Part shown: in pieces, positions 33,178-42,417 of the stretch
How positions within the stretch are numbered: position 1 is the stretch's first letter
How the letters are laid out: each line of letters begins with the position of its first letter
Source: an uncultured Planctomycetota bacterium
GTDB taxonomy: Bacteria; Planctomycetota; PLA2; JAEUHO01
NCBI GenBank assembly: GCA_963752285.1
Contig: CAVVXN010000005.1
Span: forward strand, 960,001-1,024,000
Length of the DNA: 64,000 nt
Reading direction: 5' to 3'
Position numbers and translations under genes: made by a program
Notes under the pieces: model-generated
Databases searched by the model: none
Told to the model about the DNA's origin: nothing
What the model saw: the letters and a program-made list of their open reading frames with translations, nothing else

Positions 33178-35442
33178 GTGCGGATCGCGTGCATCGGCGG
33201 CGGACCGGCCGCGCTCTACTTCGCGCTCCTGATGAAGAAGGCCCGGTCCGACGTGGACGTGACCGTCTTCGAGCGCAACCGCGCGGACGACACCTTCGGG
33301 TGGGGCGTCGTGTTCTCCGAAGAGACGCTCGGGAACATCCAGGCGGCGGACCCCATCTCGTACGCGGCGATCGCCGACCGCTTCGTGACCTGGGACGACA
33401 TCGACACGTACTTCCGGGGCGAGAAGGTCACCAGCACCGGGCACGGGTTCTGCGGGCTGGCGCGCGTCACGATGCTCCAGATCCTCCAGGCGCGCTGTCG
33501 GGAGCTGGGCGTAGACCTCGTCTTCGAACACGAGGTCGGGGACCTCGAGCCCCTGCTCGGGCACGACCTCGTCCTGGCCGCGGACGGGGTGAACAGCCGC
33601 GTCCGCGACCACGTCGCGGAGCACGTCCGCCCGCGCATCGAGTGGGGCGCGTGCCGGTTCGCGTGGCTCGGGACGACCCGTCCCCTCGACGCTTTTACGT
33701 TCGTGTTCCGCGAGAACGAGCACGGTCTCTTCGTCGTCCACGCGTACCCCTTCGAGCCCGGGCGGAGCACCTTCATCGTGGAGTGCCACGAGACGACGTG
33801 GCGCCGCGCCGGCCTCGATCGCGCGACCGAGGACGAGACCGTCCGCTACATGGCGGCCCTCTTCGAGGACCACCTGGACGGGCATCCCCTGCTCACGAAC
33901 CGCTCGATCTGGCGCTCCTTCCCCACGGTGACGAACGAGCGCTGGCACCACGGGAACGTCGTCCTCGTCGGCGACGCGGCGCACACCGCCCACTTCTCGA
34001 TCGGGTCCGGAACGAAGCTGGCGATGGAGGACTCCATCGCGCTCGTGGACGCGCTCCTCCGGCACGACCTCCGCGTGCCGGCGGCCCTCGCCGCGTACGA
34101 GGAGGCTCGTCACGTGGACGTCCTCAAGCTGCAAAAGGCGGCCCGTACGAGCCAGGCGTGGTTCGAGAACGCCAGCCGCTACCAAGGACAGAACCCGCTC
34201 GCCTTCGCGTTCAACCTCATGACGCGCTCCCAGCGCATCACGTACGAGAACCTCGCGGCGCGGGACCCGGACCTCGTCGAGCGCGTGACCGAGTGGTTCG
34301 GCGCCACGCACGGCGGACCGCGCCGCGCGGACGGTCGCGCCGCGCCCCCGATGTTCGCCCCCTTCGAGGCGCGGGGCGTACGCCTCGAGAACCGGGTGGT
34401 CGTGTCTCCCATGTGCCAGTACCGGGCCGTGGACGGCCGGGTGGGAGACTGGCACCTCGTCCACCTCGGCTCGTTCGCCCGCGGCGGCCCCGGGCTCGTC
34501 TTCACCGAGATGACGGACGTCTCGCCCGAGGCGAGGATCTCCCTCGGATGCGCCGGCATCTGGTCGGACGAGCACGTCGCCGCGTGGCGGCGCGTGGTCG
34601 AGTTCGTGCACGCCGAGAGCCCGTCGAAGATCGGGCTCCAGCTGGGCCACGCCGGTCGGAAGGGGTCGTGCCGCCTGCCCTGGGAGGGCGGCGACCCGCT
34701 CTCGAACGGGAGCGCGTGGACGACGCTCGGTCCCTCCGCGCTCCCCTACGACGACGACGGGCCCGCGCCGCGGCCGATGACGCGCGACGACATGGACCGC
34801 ACGATCGGTCTCTACGAGGCGGCGACGCGCCGGGCCGTCGCGGCGGGCTTCGACGTGATCGAGGTCCACATGGCGCACGGATACCTCCTCTCGTCGTTCC
34901 TCTCGCCCGCGGCGAACCACCGCACGGACGCGTACGGCGGGACCCTCGAGAACCGCCTCCGGTTCCCGCTCGAGGTCCTGGCCGCCGTGCGTGCGTGCTG
35001 GCCGTCCGACCGGCCGCTCTTCGTCCGCATCTCGGCGACCGACTGGCTCGAGGACGAGCCGGGTACGACGCCAGCGGACGCGGTCGGGATCGCCCGCGCG
35101 CTCTACGCGAACGGCGCGGACGTCGTGGACGTCTCGAGCGGGGGCAACTCGCCGCGCTCGGCGCCGCGCTACGGTCGCATGTACCAGGTGCCTTTCGCGG
35201 AGCGGATCCGGTACGAGGCGCCGGGTCCCGTCATGGCCGTCGGCGGCATCCAGGGGTGGGACCACGTGAACACGGTCCTCGCGGCCGAACGCGCCGACCT
35301 CTGCGCCCTGGCCCGCCCCCACCTCGTCGATCCGCACCTGACGCTCCGAGCCGCCGTCCACTACGGCGTGGACGCGCACCCGTGGCCGCGCTCCTACCTC
35401 CCCGCCCGTCCGGCGCCGCGCGCGGACGTGCCCTCCTCGTGA
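33178..35442 (+). CDS. bifunctional salicylyl-CoA 5-hydroxylase / anthraniloyl-CoA monooxygenase-reductase
   Basis: N-terminal flavin monooxygenase (IGGGPAALY, DDTFGWGVVFS, GDAAHTAHFSIGSGTKLAMED) fused to an OYE domain (VVSPMCQY, HMAHGYLLSSFLSP, ARPHL). Confidence 0.93.
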   Translation: MRIACIGGGPAALYFALLMKKARSDVDVTVFERNRADDTFGWGVVFSEETLGNIQAADPISYAAIADRFVTWDDIDTYFRGEKVTSTGHGFCGLARVTMLQILQARCRELGVDLVFEHEVGDLEPLLGHDLVLAADGVNSRVRDHVAEHVRPRIEWGACRFAWLGTTRPLDAFTFVFRENEHGLFVVHAYPFEPGRSTFIVECHETTWRRAGLDRATEDETVRYMAALFEDHLDGHPLLTNRSIWRSFPTVTNERWHHGNVVLVGDAAHTAHFSIGSGTKLAMEDSIALVDALLRHDLRVPAALAAYEEARHVDVLKLQKAARTSQAWFENASRYQGQNPLAFAFNLMTRSQRITYENLAARDPDLVERVTEWFGATHGGPRRADGRAAPPMFAPFEARGVRLENRVVVSPMCQYRAVDGRVGDWHLVHLGSFARGGPGLVFTEMTDVSPEARISLGCAGIWSDEHVAAWRRVVEFVHAESPSKIGLQLGHAGRKGSCRLPWEGGDPLSNGSAWTTLGPSALPYDDDGPAPRPMTRDDMDRTIGLYEAATRRAVAAGFDVIEVHMAHGYLLSSFLSPAANHRTDAYGGTLENRLRFPLEVLAAVRACWPSDRPLFVRISATDWLEDEPGTTPADAVGIARALYANGADVVDVSSGGNSPRSAPRYGRMYQVPFAERIRYEAPGPVMAVGGIQGWDHVNTVLAAERADLCALARPHLVDPHLTLRAAVHYGVDAHPWPRSYLPARPAPRADVPSS

Positions 35443-36098
35443 GCGAACGCGGCGAGGAGATGGTCCGCCGCCAGCTCGAGGCCCACGGCATCGTCTCCGC
35501 GGCCGTGCTCGACGCCATGCGCCGCGTCCCCCGCGAGGCGTTCGTCCCCGCCGCCCTCCGGGCGAGCGCCTACGAGGACCGCGCGCTCCCGATCTCGTAC
35601 GGGCAGTCGATCTCGCAGCCGTTCGTCGTCGCCCGCATGGTGGAGGCGCTCGACCTCGCGCCTTCTGCCCGCGTGCTCGAGATCGGGACGGGCTCGGGAT
35701 ACGCCGCGGCGGTGCTCGCCGAGATCGCGGCCGAAGTGGTGACCGTCGAGCGCCTGGAGCCTCTCGCCACGGAGGCCCGCGAACGCCTCGCCGCCCTCGG
35801 CTACCGCAACGTGGAGGTCGTGGTGGGCGACGGTTCCGGCGGATGGCCCGCGCGGGCGCCCTACGACGGCATCCTCGTGTCGGCCGGCGCGCCGGCGCTG
35901 CCGACGAGCCTCGTCGGGGAGCTGGCCCCCGGCGGACGTCTGGTGATCCCCGTAGGAGCCCGGCCGGGCGAGCAGCGCCTGCTCGGCCTCGTGAAGGAGG
36001 AGGACGGGACCCTCCGGGAGGAGCGCCTGGGCGCCGTCCGGTTCGTGCCCCTGGTGGGCGACGAAGGTTGGCCGGACGACGCGGGCGCCGAGAGGTGA
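35439..36098 (+). CDS. pcm: protein-L-isoaspartate O-methyltransferase
   Basis: VPREAFVP, AYEDRALPI..GQSISQP, VLEIGTGSGYAAA, APYDGILV, GGRLVIP, VRFVPL; 4-nt overlap with the upstream stop. Confidence 0.95.
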   Translation: MSERGEEMVRRQLEAHGIVSAAVLDAMRRVPREAFVPAALRASAYEDRALPISYGQSISQPFVVARMVEALDLAPSARVLEIGTGSGYAAAVLAEIAAEVVTVERLEPLATEARERLAALGYRNVEVVVGDGSGGWPARAPYDGILVSAGAPALPTSLVGELAPGGRLVIPVGARPGEQRLLGLVKEEDGTLREERLGAVRFVPLVGDEGWPDDAGAER

Positions 36099-36264
36099 GG
36101 ACGCGGCCTCCGCCACGAGGACGGGTACGCGCCGGGTTCACGATCGGACGACGTCGGGACCTCGGGGGAGACGCGCGAGGCTCGGGCCACCCATCCGGCC
36201 CACGAGCGCGCGCTCGTGCTCGGGGGCCTGGCCCGCGTTCCCGCGGCGCACGGCGGTCGCGCGC

Positions 36265-37053
36265 TCACCGGCCCGGTCCCCGTCTCCTCCGCGCGAAGCG
36301 CAGCGCCGACCACGTCGCGTCCACGGACGCGATCTTGAAGTCCACGAGACCCGCGGCGAGGCCCATCTCGCGGACCACCGCCCCACCGAGGTCGGTCTCG
36401 ACCCCCGACGCCTTCTTCGGCCACGCGAACCACACCCCGCCGAGCTCCGTGCGTCTCGCGAGCACCGCGAGGCGACGCGCCAGGTCCGCGCGGGATCGGA
36501 CGAAGCAGACCACCAGGTCGGTCTTCGCCGTGAGCCGCGCCGTCATCGCCGCGCCGTGACCGTCGAGCCGGTCCGCGAAGCCGGACGGCGCCGCCAGGAG
36601 CGCGACCCGAAGGCCGTCCCTGAGCCCGAGCTTGGCGGCGAGGGGCCGCCCCGCGTACGCGTCCAGGACCGGAGCCGGCACCACCGGGTCGCTCGGCGGC
36701 CGGGCGATCGCCTTCTGGATCGCGCCCTTCGCGCCGCGCCAGGAGGCGTAGGTCGCGTCCGGGAGCCGGGCCCGAACGCCCCCGACCTTCTCGGCGTCGC
36801 CGCCCAAGAACACGAGCGGAAGCTCGCGGGTGGCGGCCGAGCGTCGTATCGAGAGTCCCATCTCGCGCCCGTGGGACGGGAGGCGGTCGAGGTCGATCAC
36901 GACGGCGTCGGGCCGGGCCGCGCGCACCTCCCGGAGCGCCGGGCTGCCGCGCGACCGCGCGGTGCGCACCTCGAAGCCGAGGCGTTCCAGCGCCGCGCGC
37001 GCGCGCGCCTCTTCGCGACCGTGGTGGATCAGCCATGCGACGGGCACGAGCAC
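36265..37053 (-). CDS. receiver-like domain fused to DUF3052-like domain; start approximate
   Basis: N-term PDAVVIDLDRLPSHGREMG..IRRSAATRELPLVFL (receiver-like); C-term YAGRPLAAKLG, GGVWFAWPKKASGVETDL, GLVDFKIASVDATWSALRF. Confidence 0.75.
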   Translation of the reverse strand: MLVPVAWLIHHGREEARARAALERLGFEVRTARSRGSPALREVRAARPDAVVIDLDRLPSHGREMGLSIRRSAATRELPLVFLGGDAEKVGGVRARLPDATYASWRGAKGAIQKAIARPPSDPVVPAPVLDAYAGRPLAAKLGLRDGLRVALLAAPSGFADRLDGHGAAMTARLTAKTDLVVCFVRSRADLARRLAVLARRTELGGVWFAWPKKASGVETDLGGAVVREMGLAAGLVDFKIASVDATWSALRFARRRRGPGR

Positions 37054-37181
37054 ATCGTACGCGCTCTTGCCTCCCAGACGGCCCGACGGTCGCTCCCGCC
37101 CGACGCCGCCGGCGGGGCCGGCCCGCCGCGCGTCCCGCGGCCCGCAGCGGGCGTGTCCGACCCCGCGGGCATAAGGGGCCG

Positions 37182-38477
37182 GTGCCGCGCTTCCTCGCCC
37201 GCCGCTATCTCGGCCGACGCATGCTCGTGCTCGCGGGCCTCGGCTTCGCCTCCGGTCTGCCGTCGAAGTACAAGACCCTCGGGGCGACGCTCCAGGCGTG
37301 GCTGTCCGACGCGAAGGTGGACATCGAGACGATCGGGCTCTTCGGGCTCGTCGGCCTTCCCTTCGCACTCAAGTTCCTCTGGGCGCCCCTCCTCGACCGC
37401 TACGTGCCGCCCTTCCTCGGTCGGCGGCGCGGGTGGCTGGTGGTCTTCCAGGGCGGGCTCGTGATCGCGCTCGCCCTGCTGGCGGTCTCGGGCCCCACCC
37501 GACCGGGCGCGGCGCTCGGGCCGCTGGCGGTCTCTGCCGTCGTGGTCGCGTTCCTCGCCGCGAGCCAGGACGTCGTGGCGGACGCGTATCGCACGGACCT
37601 CCTCGAGCGGGACGAACGCGCGGCCGGCGCGGCCATGTTCGTGAACGGATACCGGCTGGCGATGCTCGCGAGCGGCGGGGGCGCGTTGCTCCTCTCCACG
37701 GTGCTGCCCTGGCGCGTCGTCTACCTCCTCCTCGCGGTCTCGCTCGGGCTCGGGGTCGTCGCCGCGCTGGCCGCCCCCGAACCGCCCGGCGGCGACGAGC
37801 GACCGGCGACGCTGGGCGAGTCCCTCGTGATGCCGGGCGTGGACTTCGCGCGGCGTTACGGCCGGGGCGCGGTCTGGATCCTGCTCTTCGTCTTCCTGTT
37901 CAAGATCCCCGACGCCATGGCGGGCGCCATGACGACGCCGCTCCTGCTCGGCCCCGGCGGGCTCGGCTTCGACAAGGTCGAGGTCGCGTGGATCCGCGAG
38001 TGGCTCGGGCTCGGATTCGCCCTCGGCGGCGCCTGGCTGGGAGGACCCCTCGTGGCGCGCCTCGGGCTCGTTCGCTCGCTCTGGGTGCTCGGGTTCCTGC
38101 AGGCCGTCAGCAACCTCGGCTTCGCCCTGCTCTGCGGCGTCGGACGGAGCGCCCCCGCGCTGGCGGCGGTGGTCTCGGTCGAGAGCCTCTGCCAGGGGCT
38201 GACCGCGGCCGGCTTCGTGGCCTTCCTGATGGCCCTCTGCAACCGCCGCTACTCCGCCACGCAGTACGCGCTCCTCTCCGGGCTGATGGCGCTGACCGAC
38301 GTCCTGGTCGGTTCCGAGACGGGCTACCTCGTGGCGGGACTCGGATTTTCGGCCTTCTTCGTGGTGAGCGCCCTCGCCGGGCTGCCCGGGATGCTCCTCC
38401 TCCTCTGGATCCCGCGGCCCGACGCCCCCGCATCCGACGCCCCCGCACCCGACAGCCCCGCAACCGATGCCCCTTGA
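37182..38477 (+). CDS. ampG: AmpG-family muropeptide MFS permease
   Basis: LGFASGLP, LKFLWAPLLDRY, GRRRGW, ASQDVVADAYRTD, NGYR, YSATQYALLS. Confidence 0.9.
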   Translation: MPRFLARRYLGRRMLVLAGLGFASGLPSKYKTLGATLQAWLSDAKVDIETIGLFGLVGLPFALKFLWAPLLDRYVPPFLGRRRGWLVVFQGGLVIALALLAVSGPTRPGAALGPLAVSAVVVAFLAASQDVVADAYRTDLLERDERAAGAAMFVNGYRLAMLASGGGALLLSTVLPWRVVYLLLAVSLGLGVVAALAAPEPPGGDERPATLGESLVMPGVDFARRYGRGAVWILLFVFLFKIPDAMAGAMTTPLLLGPGGLGFDKVEVAWIREWLGLGFALGGAWLGGPLVARLGLVRSLWVLGFLQAVSNLGFALLCGVGRSAPALAAVVSVESLCQGLTAAGFVAFLMALCNRRYSATQYALLSGLMALTDVLVGSETGYLVAGLGFSAFFVVSALAGLPGMLLLLWIPRPDAPASDAPAPDSPATDAP

Positions 38478-38925
38478 GCGGCCGGCTCTCCTCGTCCTCC
38501 TCGTCCTCCTCGTGCTCGTCACGGGCGTCTGGCTCGGCCTCCGCCTCGCGCGCCGCGTCCTCCGCGCACGCGTCGCGCGCACGCGACGGCTCGGCCGCGC
38601 AGGCGAGGAGCGCGCGCTTCGGCTGCTCGCGCGCGCCGGCTACGAGATCCTCGGGCGCGAGGTCACGGCCGAGGGCCGGCTCCACGTGGACGGTCGCGAG
38701 CGCGCGTTCCTCGTCCGCGCCGACGCGATCGTCCGCCGCCGCCGCCGGACGTACGTCGCCGAGATGAAGGGCGGTCCCCGCGTCTCGCGCGTGACGCATC
38801 GAGAGACCCGCCGTCAGATGCTCGAGTACGCGCTCGTCTTCGACGTGGACGGCGTGCTCCTGGTCGATGCCGAGGGGGGCCAGGTCCACGAGATCTCGTT
38901 CCCCGACCTCCGCCCGGGACGCTGA
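38467..38925 (+). CDS. small membrane-anchored PD-(D/E)XK-like protein
   Basis: N-terminal TM (LLVLLVLLVLVTGVWLG), GEERA..LL..GYEI, RADAIV, VAEMKG, RQMLEY. Confidence 0.65.
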   Translation: MPLERPALLVLLVLLVLVTGVWLGLRLARRVLRARVARTRRLGRAGEERALRLLARAGYEILGREVTAEGRLHVDGRERAFLVRADAIVRRRRRTYVAEMKGGPRVSRVTHRETRRQMLEYALVFDVDGVLLVDAEGGQVHEISFPDLRPGR

Positions 38926-38933
38926 CGAGGTTC

Positions 38934-39737
38934 CTACTCGACGACGCGCGGGTCCAAGTCCACGCCCACGGGGCAGTGGTCGGAGCCGGCGACCTCGGGA
39001 TGGATGTGCGCCGCCGTCACGTATCTCGCGGCCGCGCGGCTCGCGAGCACGTAGTCGATCCGCCAGCCGACATTCCTCGCCCGGGCTCCCTGTCGCTGGC
39101 TCCACCACGTGTAGTGCCCGCCCTCAGGCGTGGTGCGGCGAAACGTGTCGATCCATCCCGAAGCGATCCAGCGGTCCAGCTCGGCGCGCTCCGCGGGCAA
39201 AAACCCGCTCGTCCCGACGTTCGCCCGCGGCCGCGCGAGGTCGTTCTCGCGATGCGCCGTGTTGAAGTCGCCGATCACCAGGACGCGCCGACCCCCACGA
39301 CGAAGCGTGTCGAGCCGTTCGTGAAGCGCCCGGTAGAAGTCGAGCTTGAACGGCACCCGGTCGTTCGAGCGGTCCTTCCCGCTGCCGTTCGGGAAGTAGA
39401 CGTTCGCCACGACGAGCCGTCCGAACCGGGCGAGCTGGAGCCGGCCCTCCCGGTCGAACCGCCCGCCGTCGAGCGCGAGGTCCACGGCGTCGGGCGCGCG
39501 CCGCGAAAAGAGCGCCACCCCGCTGTACCCGGCGCGCTCCGCCGGCGCGAAGCAAGCGTGCCAGCCCGGGGGCTCCCGCAGGTGCCCCGGCAGGTCCTCC
39601 GGGCGCGCCCGGACCTCCTGCAGACCCACGACCGTGGCGGCCGACGCCTCGAGCCACCGCGAGAAGCCCCGCGCCTCGCAGGCGCGGATTCCGTTCACGT
39701 TCCACGAGAGGACGCGCAGCGCGGGAGCTCGTGCCAT
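38934..39737 (-). CDS. xth: exodeoxyribonuclease III / AP endonuclease
   Basis: SWNVNGIRA, LQEVR, GYSGVA, NVYFPNG, GDFNTAH, YTWWSQR, GWRIDY, GSDHCPV. Confidence 0.96.
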   Translation of the reverse strand: MARAPALRVLSWNVNGIRACEARGFSRWLEASAATVVGLQEVRARPEDLPGHLREPPGWHACFAPAERAGYSGVALFSRRAPDAVDLALDGGRFDREGRLQLARFGRLVVANVYFPNGSGKDRSNDRVPFKLDFYRALHERLDTLRRGGRRVLVIGDFNTAHRENDLARPRANVGTSGFLPAERAELDRWIASGWIDTFRRTTPEGGHYTWWSQRQGARARNVGWRIDYVLASRAAARYVTAAHIHPEVAGSDHCPVGVDLDPRVVE

Positions 39738-39778
39738 GCCCGAACGGACTACCCGGCGTGGAGGATCGCGCCGGAGGG

Positions 39779-40114
39779 TCAGTGCCTCAGGTCTACGACG
39801 AGACGTCCCGACCCGAAGAGGCGGTCCCACTCCGCGGGCGAGATCGAGAGCGGCACCGGGAACGAGGCGTCGCCCGGGTGCGCGATGCCGGTCTTCGCGG
39901 CCTCGAGGGTCGCGAATCGCTTGTACGCGTTGTTCCGCTTGGCGGCGTTCGAGATCCGCCGTCCGCCCGCCGAGAGGCGCCAGTACGTGGTCTTCTCGAC
40001 CGGAGCGGGGGTCGTAGACGACCCACCGCCCCCGCCGCACCCCACCAGCGCGCCCAGCGTGAGCGCGCCCGCGCCCACGAGGAATCCACGGCGGGAGAGG
40101 TCCGACACGTCCAC
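39779..40114 (-). CDS. small Tat-exported lipoprotein
   Basis: SRRGFL twin-arginine motif, hydrophobic stretch, lipobox LVGC, Gly/Ser tether; GGAG 5 nt before GTG. Confidence 0.75.
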   Translation of the reverse strand: MDVSDLSRRGFLVGAGALTLGALVGCGGGGGSSTTPAPVEKTTYWRLSAGGRRISNAAKRNNAYKRFATLEAAKTGIAHPGDASFPVPLSISPAEWDRLFGSGRLVVDLRH

Positions 40115-40355
40115 GCGCACTCCAGGAGAGAAATGAATGGCGGAGGGAGGCTCCGGCCCTCCCCGCCGGTTCAACGTCACCGTCAGCCCGACTTTGCGAT
40201 GCGGCCTTACGCCGGAAGCAGACGTGCCTATCCCGGTCCGCCCGGGGCCTTATGTGGGAGCTTCGGTATGAAGGCTCGCTCACGCGACCTACCCGCCCCA
40301 CCTTTTCATTCGCCTGCCTTGTGGTGCTCCTTTCCGCATCCTTTCCGCGGCCACA

Positions 40356-40383
40356 TGAGAATCGATTTCAGAGTCGAAGTCAA
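40356..40383 (-). promoter_or_regulatory. candidate -35 box with adjacent palindromic operator
   Basis: Minus strand TTGACT followed by TGAAATCGATTCTCA (near-palindrome, core AATCGATT) in an AT-enriched intergenic stretch. Confidence 0.4.
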
Positions 40384-40398
40384 CGGGACTTCGGGCCC

Positions 40399-40441
40399 AA
40401 AACGAAGAGGCGGGGCCGGCCCTCAGCCGACCCCGCCTCTT
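40399..40441 (-). terminator. rho-independent terminator of the IPT/TIG gene
   Basis: AAGAGGCGGGG...CCCCGCCTCTT perfect 11-bp stem (extendable), followed on the minus strand by CGTTTT. Confidence 0.75.
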
Positions 40442-40479
40442 TCACGCGCTCCGGCGAGGGATCGCGCTCGAGCCGCGCG

Positions 40480-42219
40480 CTACGGGGGCCCCAGGAGCTC
40501 GGTCGAGTAGCCGCCGTTCCCGTTGGGGCGGAAGACCATGGAGTTCCCGAACAGGTTCGTCCCGCTGCTCCACTGCTGCCACGCGGCCTGTCCCGAAGAC
40601 CACGAAGGTTCCGACGACCAGTTCACGCCCACCTGGCTGTACGGGCTGCCCGGCGAGACGCCGACGGCGAGCGAGCTGTACCACGTGCTCGAGATCCAGA
40701 ACATCGCGAACTCGCCACTCGGCTTGATCTGCAACTGGGCGGTGACGGCCCCCCCGAGGTAGTACCAGTAGCAGTTCGAGAAGGTGAAGGTGAAGCGCGG
40801 CGGGTTCGCCGTCACCTTGTAGTAGGCGCCGGTGTAGTACGGCATCAGGTCCCATCCGACCAGCATGATGCAGGGGTAGGTCGAGAAGGTTCCGGAGTAG
40901 GAGGTGTGGATGCCGCCGAAGTCGATGTAGCCGTTGGCGTCGAGGTAGCCCTGCGACCAGTTGGTCCCGTAGAACGGGAAGTCGAACCCGAAGGACACGA
41001 GGCTCGAGTCGTCGTCGTAGAAGCTCGAGAGCAGGGTGCCGAAGCTCGTGTCGTACGTGGGCTTCCAGTGGTACGTGAAAGCGGCCAGCAGCGTGACGGT
41101 CCCGTGGGTGTTCGTGAGCGCCACGTCCACCGTCCCCTCGGACTGGCTCGGCGCATTGCAGGTGACCTGCGTGTCGTTCACGACGACGACGTTCGTGGCC
41201 TCGATGCTGCCGAACAAGATCGTCGGCGTGCCCGCGCCCACGTCCTGGAAGCCGCTCCCCGTCAGGGTGACCGGCGTCTCGACGTTCTCGAGGCCCTGGT
41301 TGGGGCTGATCGAGCTGAGGACGGGCGGCGGGAAGAACGTGAACGCGTCGGGGAGCGTGCTCTGGCCGTTCGTGTTCGACACGGCCACGGCCACGAGGCC
41401 CAGCGTCCCGCTCGGCGAGGTGACGCAGGTCAGGTGCTGGTCGTCGATGCGCGTGACGCTCGACGCCTGCTGCCCTCCGAACGTGACGCGGAGCACGCCT
41501 CCGGGGATCGTGAAGTAGTCGCCGGTGACCGTCACGAGCGTGCCGCCGTTGGCGCCGCCCGCGTTGGGGCTCACCGAGTAGACCTGCGGGATGGGCCCAC
41601 GGTACGTGAACGCGTCCGCGAGGCCCGCGGCCCCGTTGTGGTTCGTGACGATCACGTCCACGGGCTGCTCGAAGTAGACCTTCGGCGTGATGCACGTGAG
41701 GGTCGTGTCGTCCACGACCTGGAGGCCGGTCCCGGGGATGCCGCCGAACGTCGCGACGTTCTGGATGGGGTTGTTGTTGAGGAACCCCGTGCCGGTGAGG
41801 GTGACCAGGAGGCCTCCGTCGCGGCTCCCCTCCGTGGGGGTCAGGCTCGCGAGCGTCGGAGGCGGGTTGTACGTGAAACCGGACGCGAGCGACCCGCTGC
41901 CGGCGTTCTTCGTGACGCTCACCTCGACGGCTCCGGCCGCGTGGGGCGGCGTGGTGCACGTGATCGTCGTGTCGCTCTGCACGACGACCTGCGTCGCGGA
42001 CTCGCCTCCGATCTGGACGTCGGTGACGCCCAGGTCGTAGTTCACGAAGCCCGTCCCCTGGACGGTGATCTTGGTGCCACCACCGATCCCGCCCGTCGGC
42101 GGGTTCACGGCGGTCACGACCGGCGGCGCCTGCTGCTGTGTGCTGGAGCTCCCTCCGCCGCAGGCGGAGAGGCTGAGGGCGAGGAGGGCGACCGGGACAA
42201 TGACCCAGGAACCACGCAT
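40480..42219 (-). CDS. IPT/TIG-repeat surface lipoprotein with C-terminal nidogen-like domain
   Basis: Lipobox LSAC, four IPT/TIG repeats (PPVVTAVNPPTGGIGGGTKITVQGTGF...FTY), C-terminal FGFDFPFYGTNWSQGYLDANGYIDF. Confidence 0.88.
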   Translation of the reverse strand: MRGSWVIVPVALLALSLSACGGGSSSTQQQAPPVVTAVNPPTGGIGGGTKITVQGTGFVNYDLGVTDVQIGGESATQVVVQSDTTITCTTPPHAAGAVEVSVTKNAGSGSLASGFTYNPPPTLASLTPTEGSRDGGLLVTLTGTGFLNNNPIQNVATFGGIPGTGLQVVDDTTLTCITPKVYFEQPVDVIVTNHNGAAGLADAFTYRGPIPQVYSVSPNAGGANGGTLVTVTGDYFTIPGGVLRVTFGGQQASSVTRIDDQHLTCVTSPSGTLGLVAVAVSNTNGQSTLPDAFTFFPPPVLSSISPNQGLENVETPVTLTGSGFQDVGAGTPTILFGSIEATNVVVVNDTQVTCNAPSQSEGTVDVALTNTHGTVTLLAAFTYHWKPTYDTSFGTLLSSFYDDDSSLVSFGFDFPFYGTNWSQGYLDANGYIDFGGIHTSYSGTFSTYPCIMLVGWDLMPYYTGAYYKVTANPPRFTFTFSNCYWYYLGGAVTAQLQIKPSGEFAMFWISSTWYSSLAVGVSPGSPYSQVGVNWSSEPSWSSGQAAWQQWSSGTNLFGNSMVFRPNGNGGYSTELLGPP

Positions 42220-42417
42220 GCGTCCGTCTCCTAGCTCGGGCCGACCGGACCCCTCCCGGGGAACCGGCCCAGGGCGTGCTGCACACCGCGTACCCGCGGG
42301 GCGCACCCTACCGCGGGCCCCCCCCGGGGCGCAATATCCACGGGCAGCCCGCCGGACCGCGCGCGCCCCGCAGGGGCCGCGTTCCCCCCTAGCATGGACC
42401 CTCTCTCGGAACCGGTC

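Noticed and set aside
40170..40230. c-di-GMP-I riboswitch (GTAA loop, CGCAAAG)
   Set aside because: Only fragments match; the P1/GCAAA junction and tetraloop receptor could not be built by eye. Kept only as an unclassified leader.
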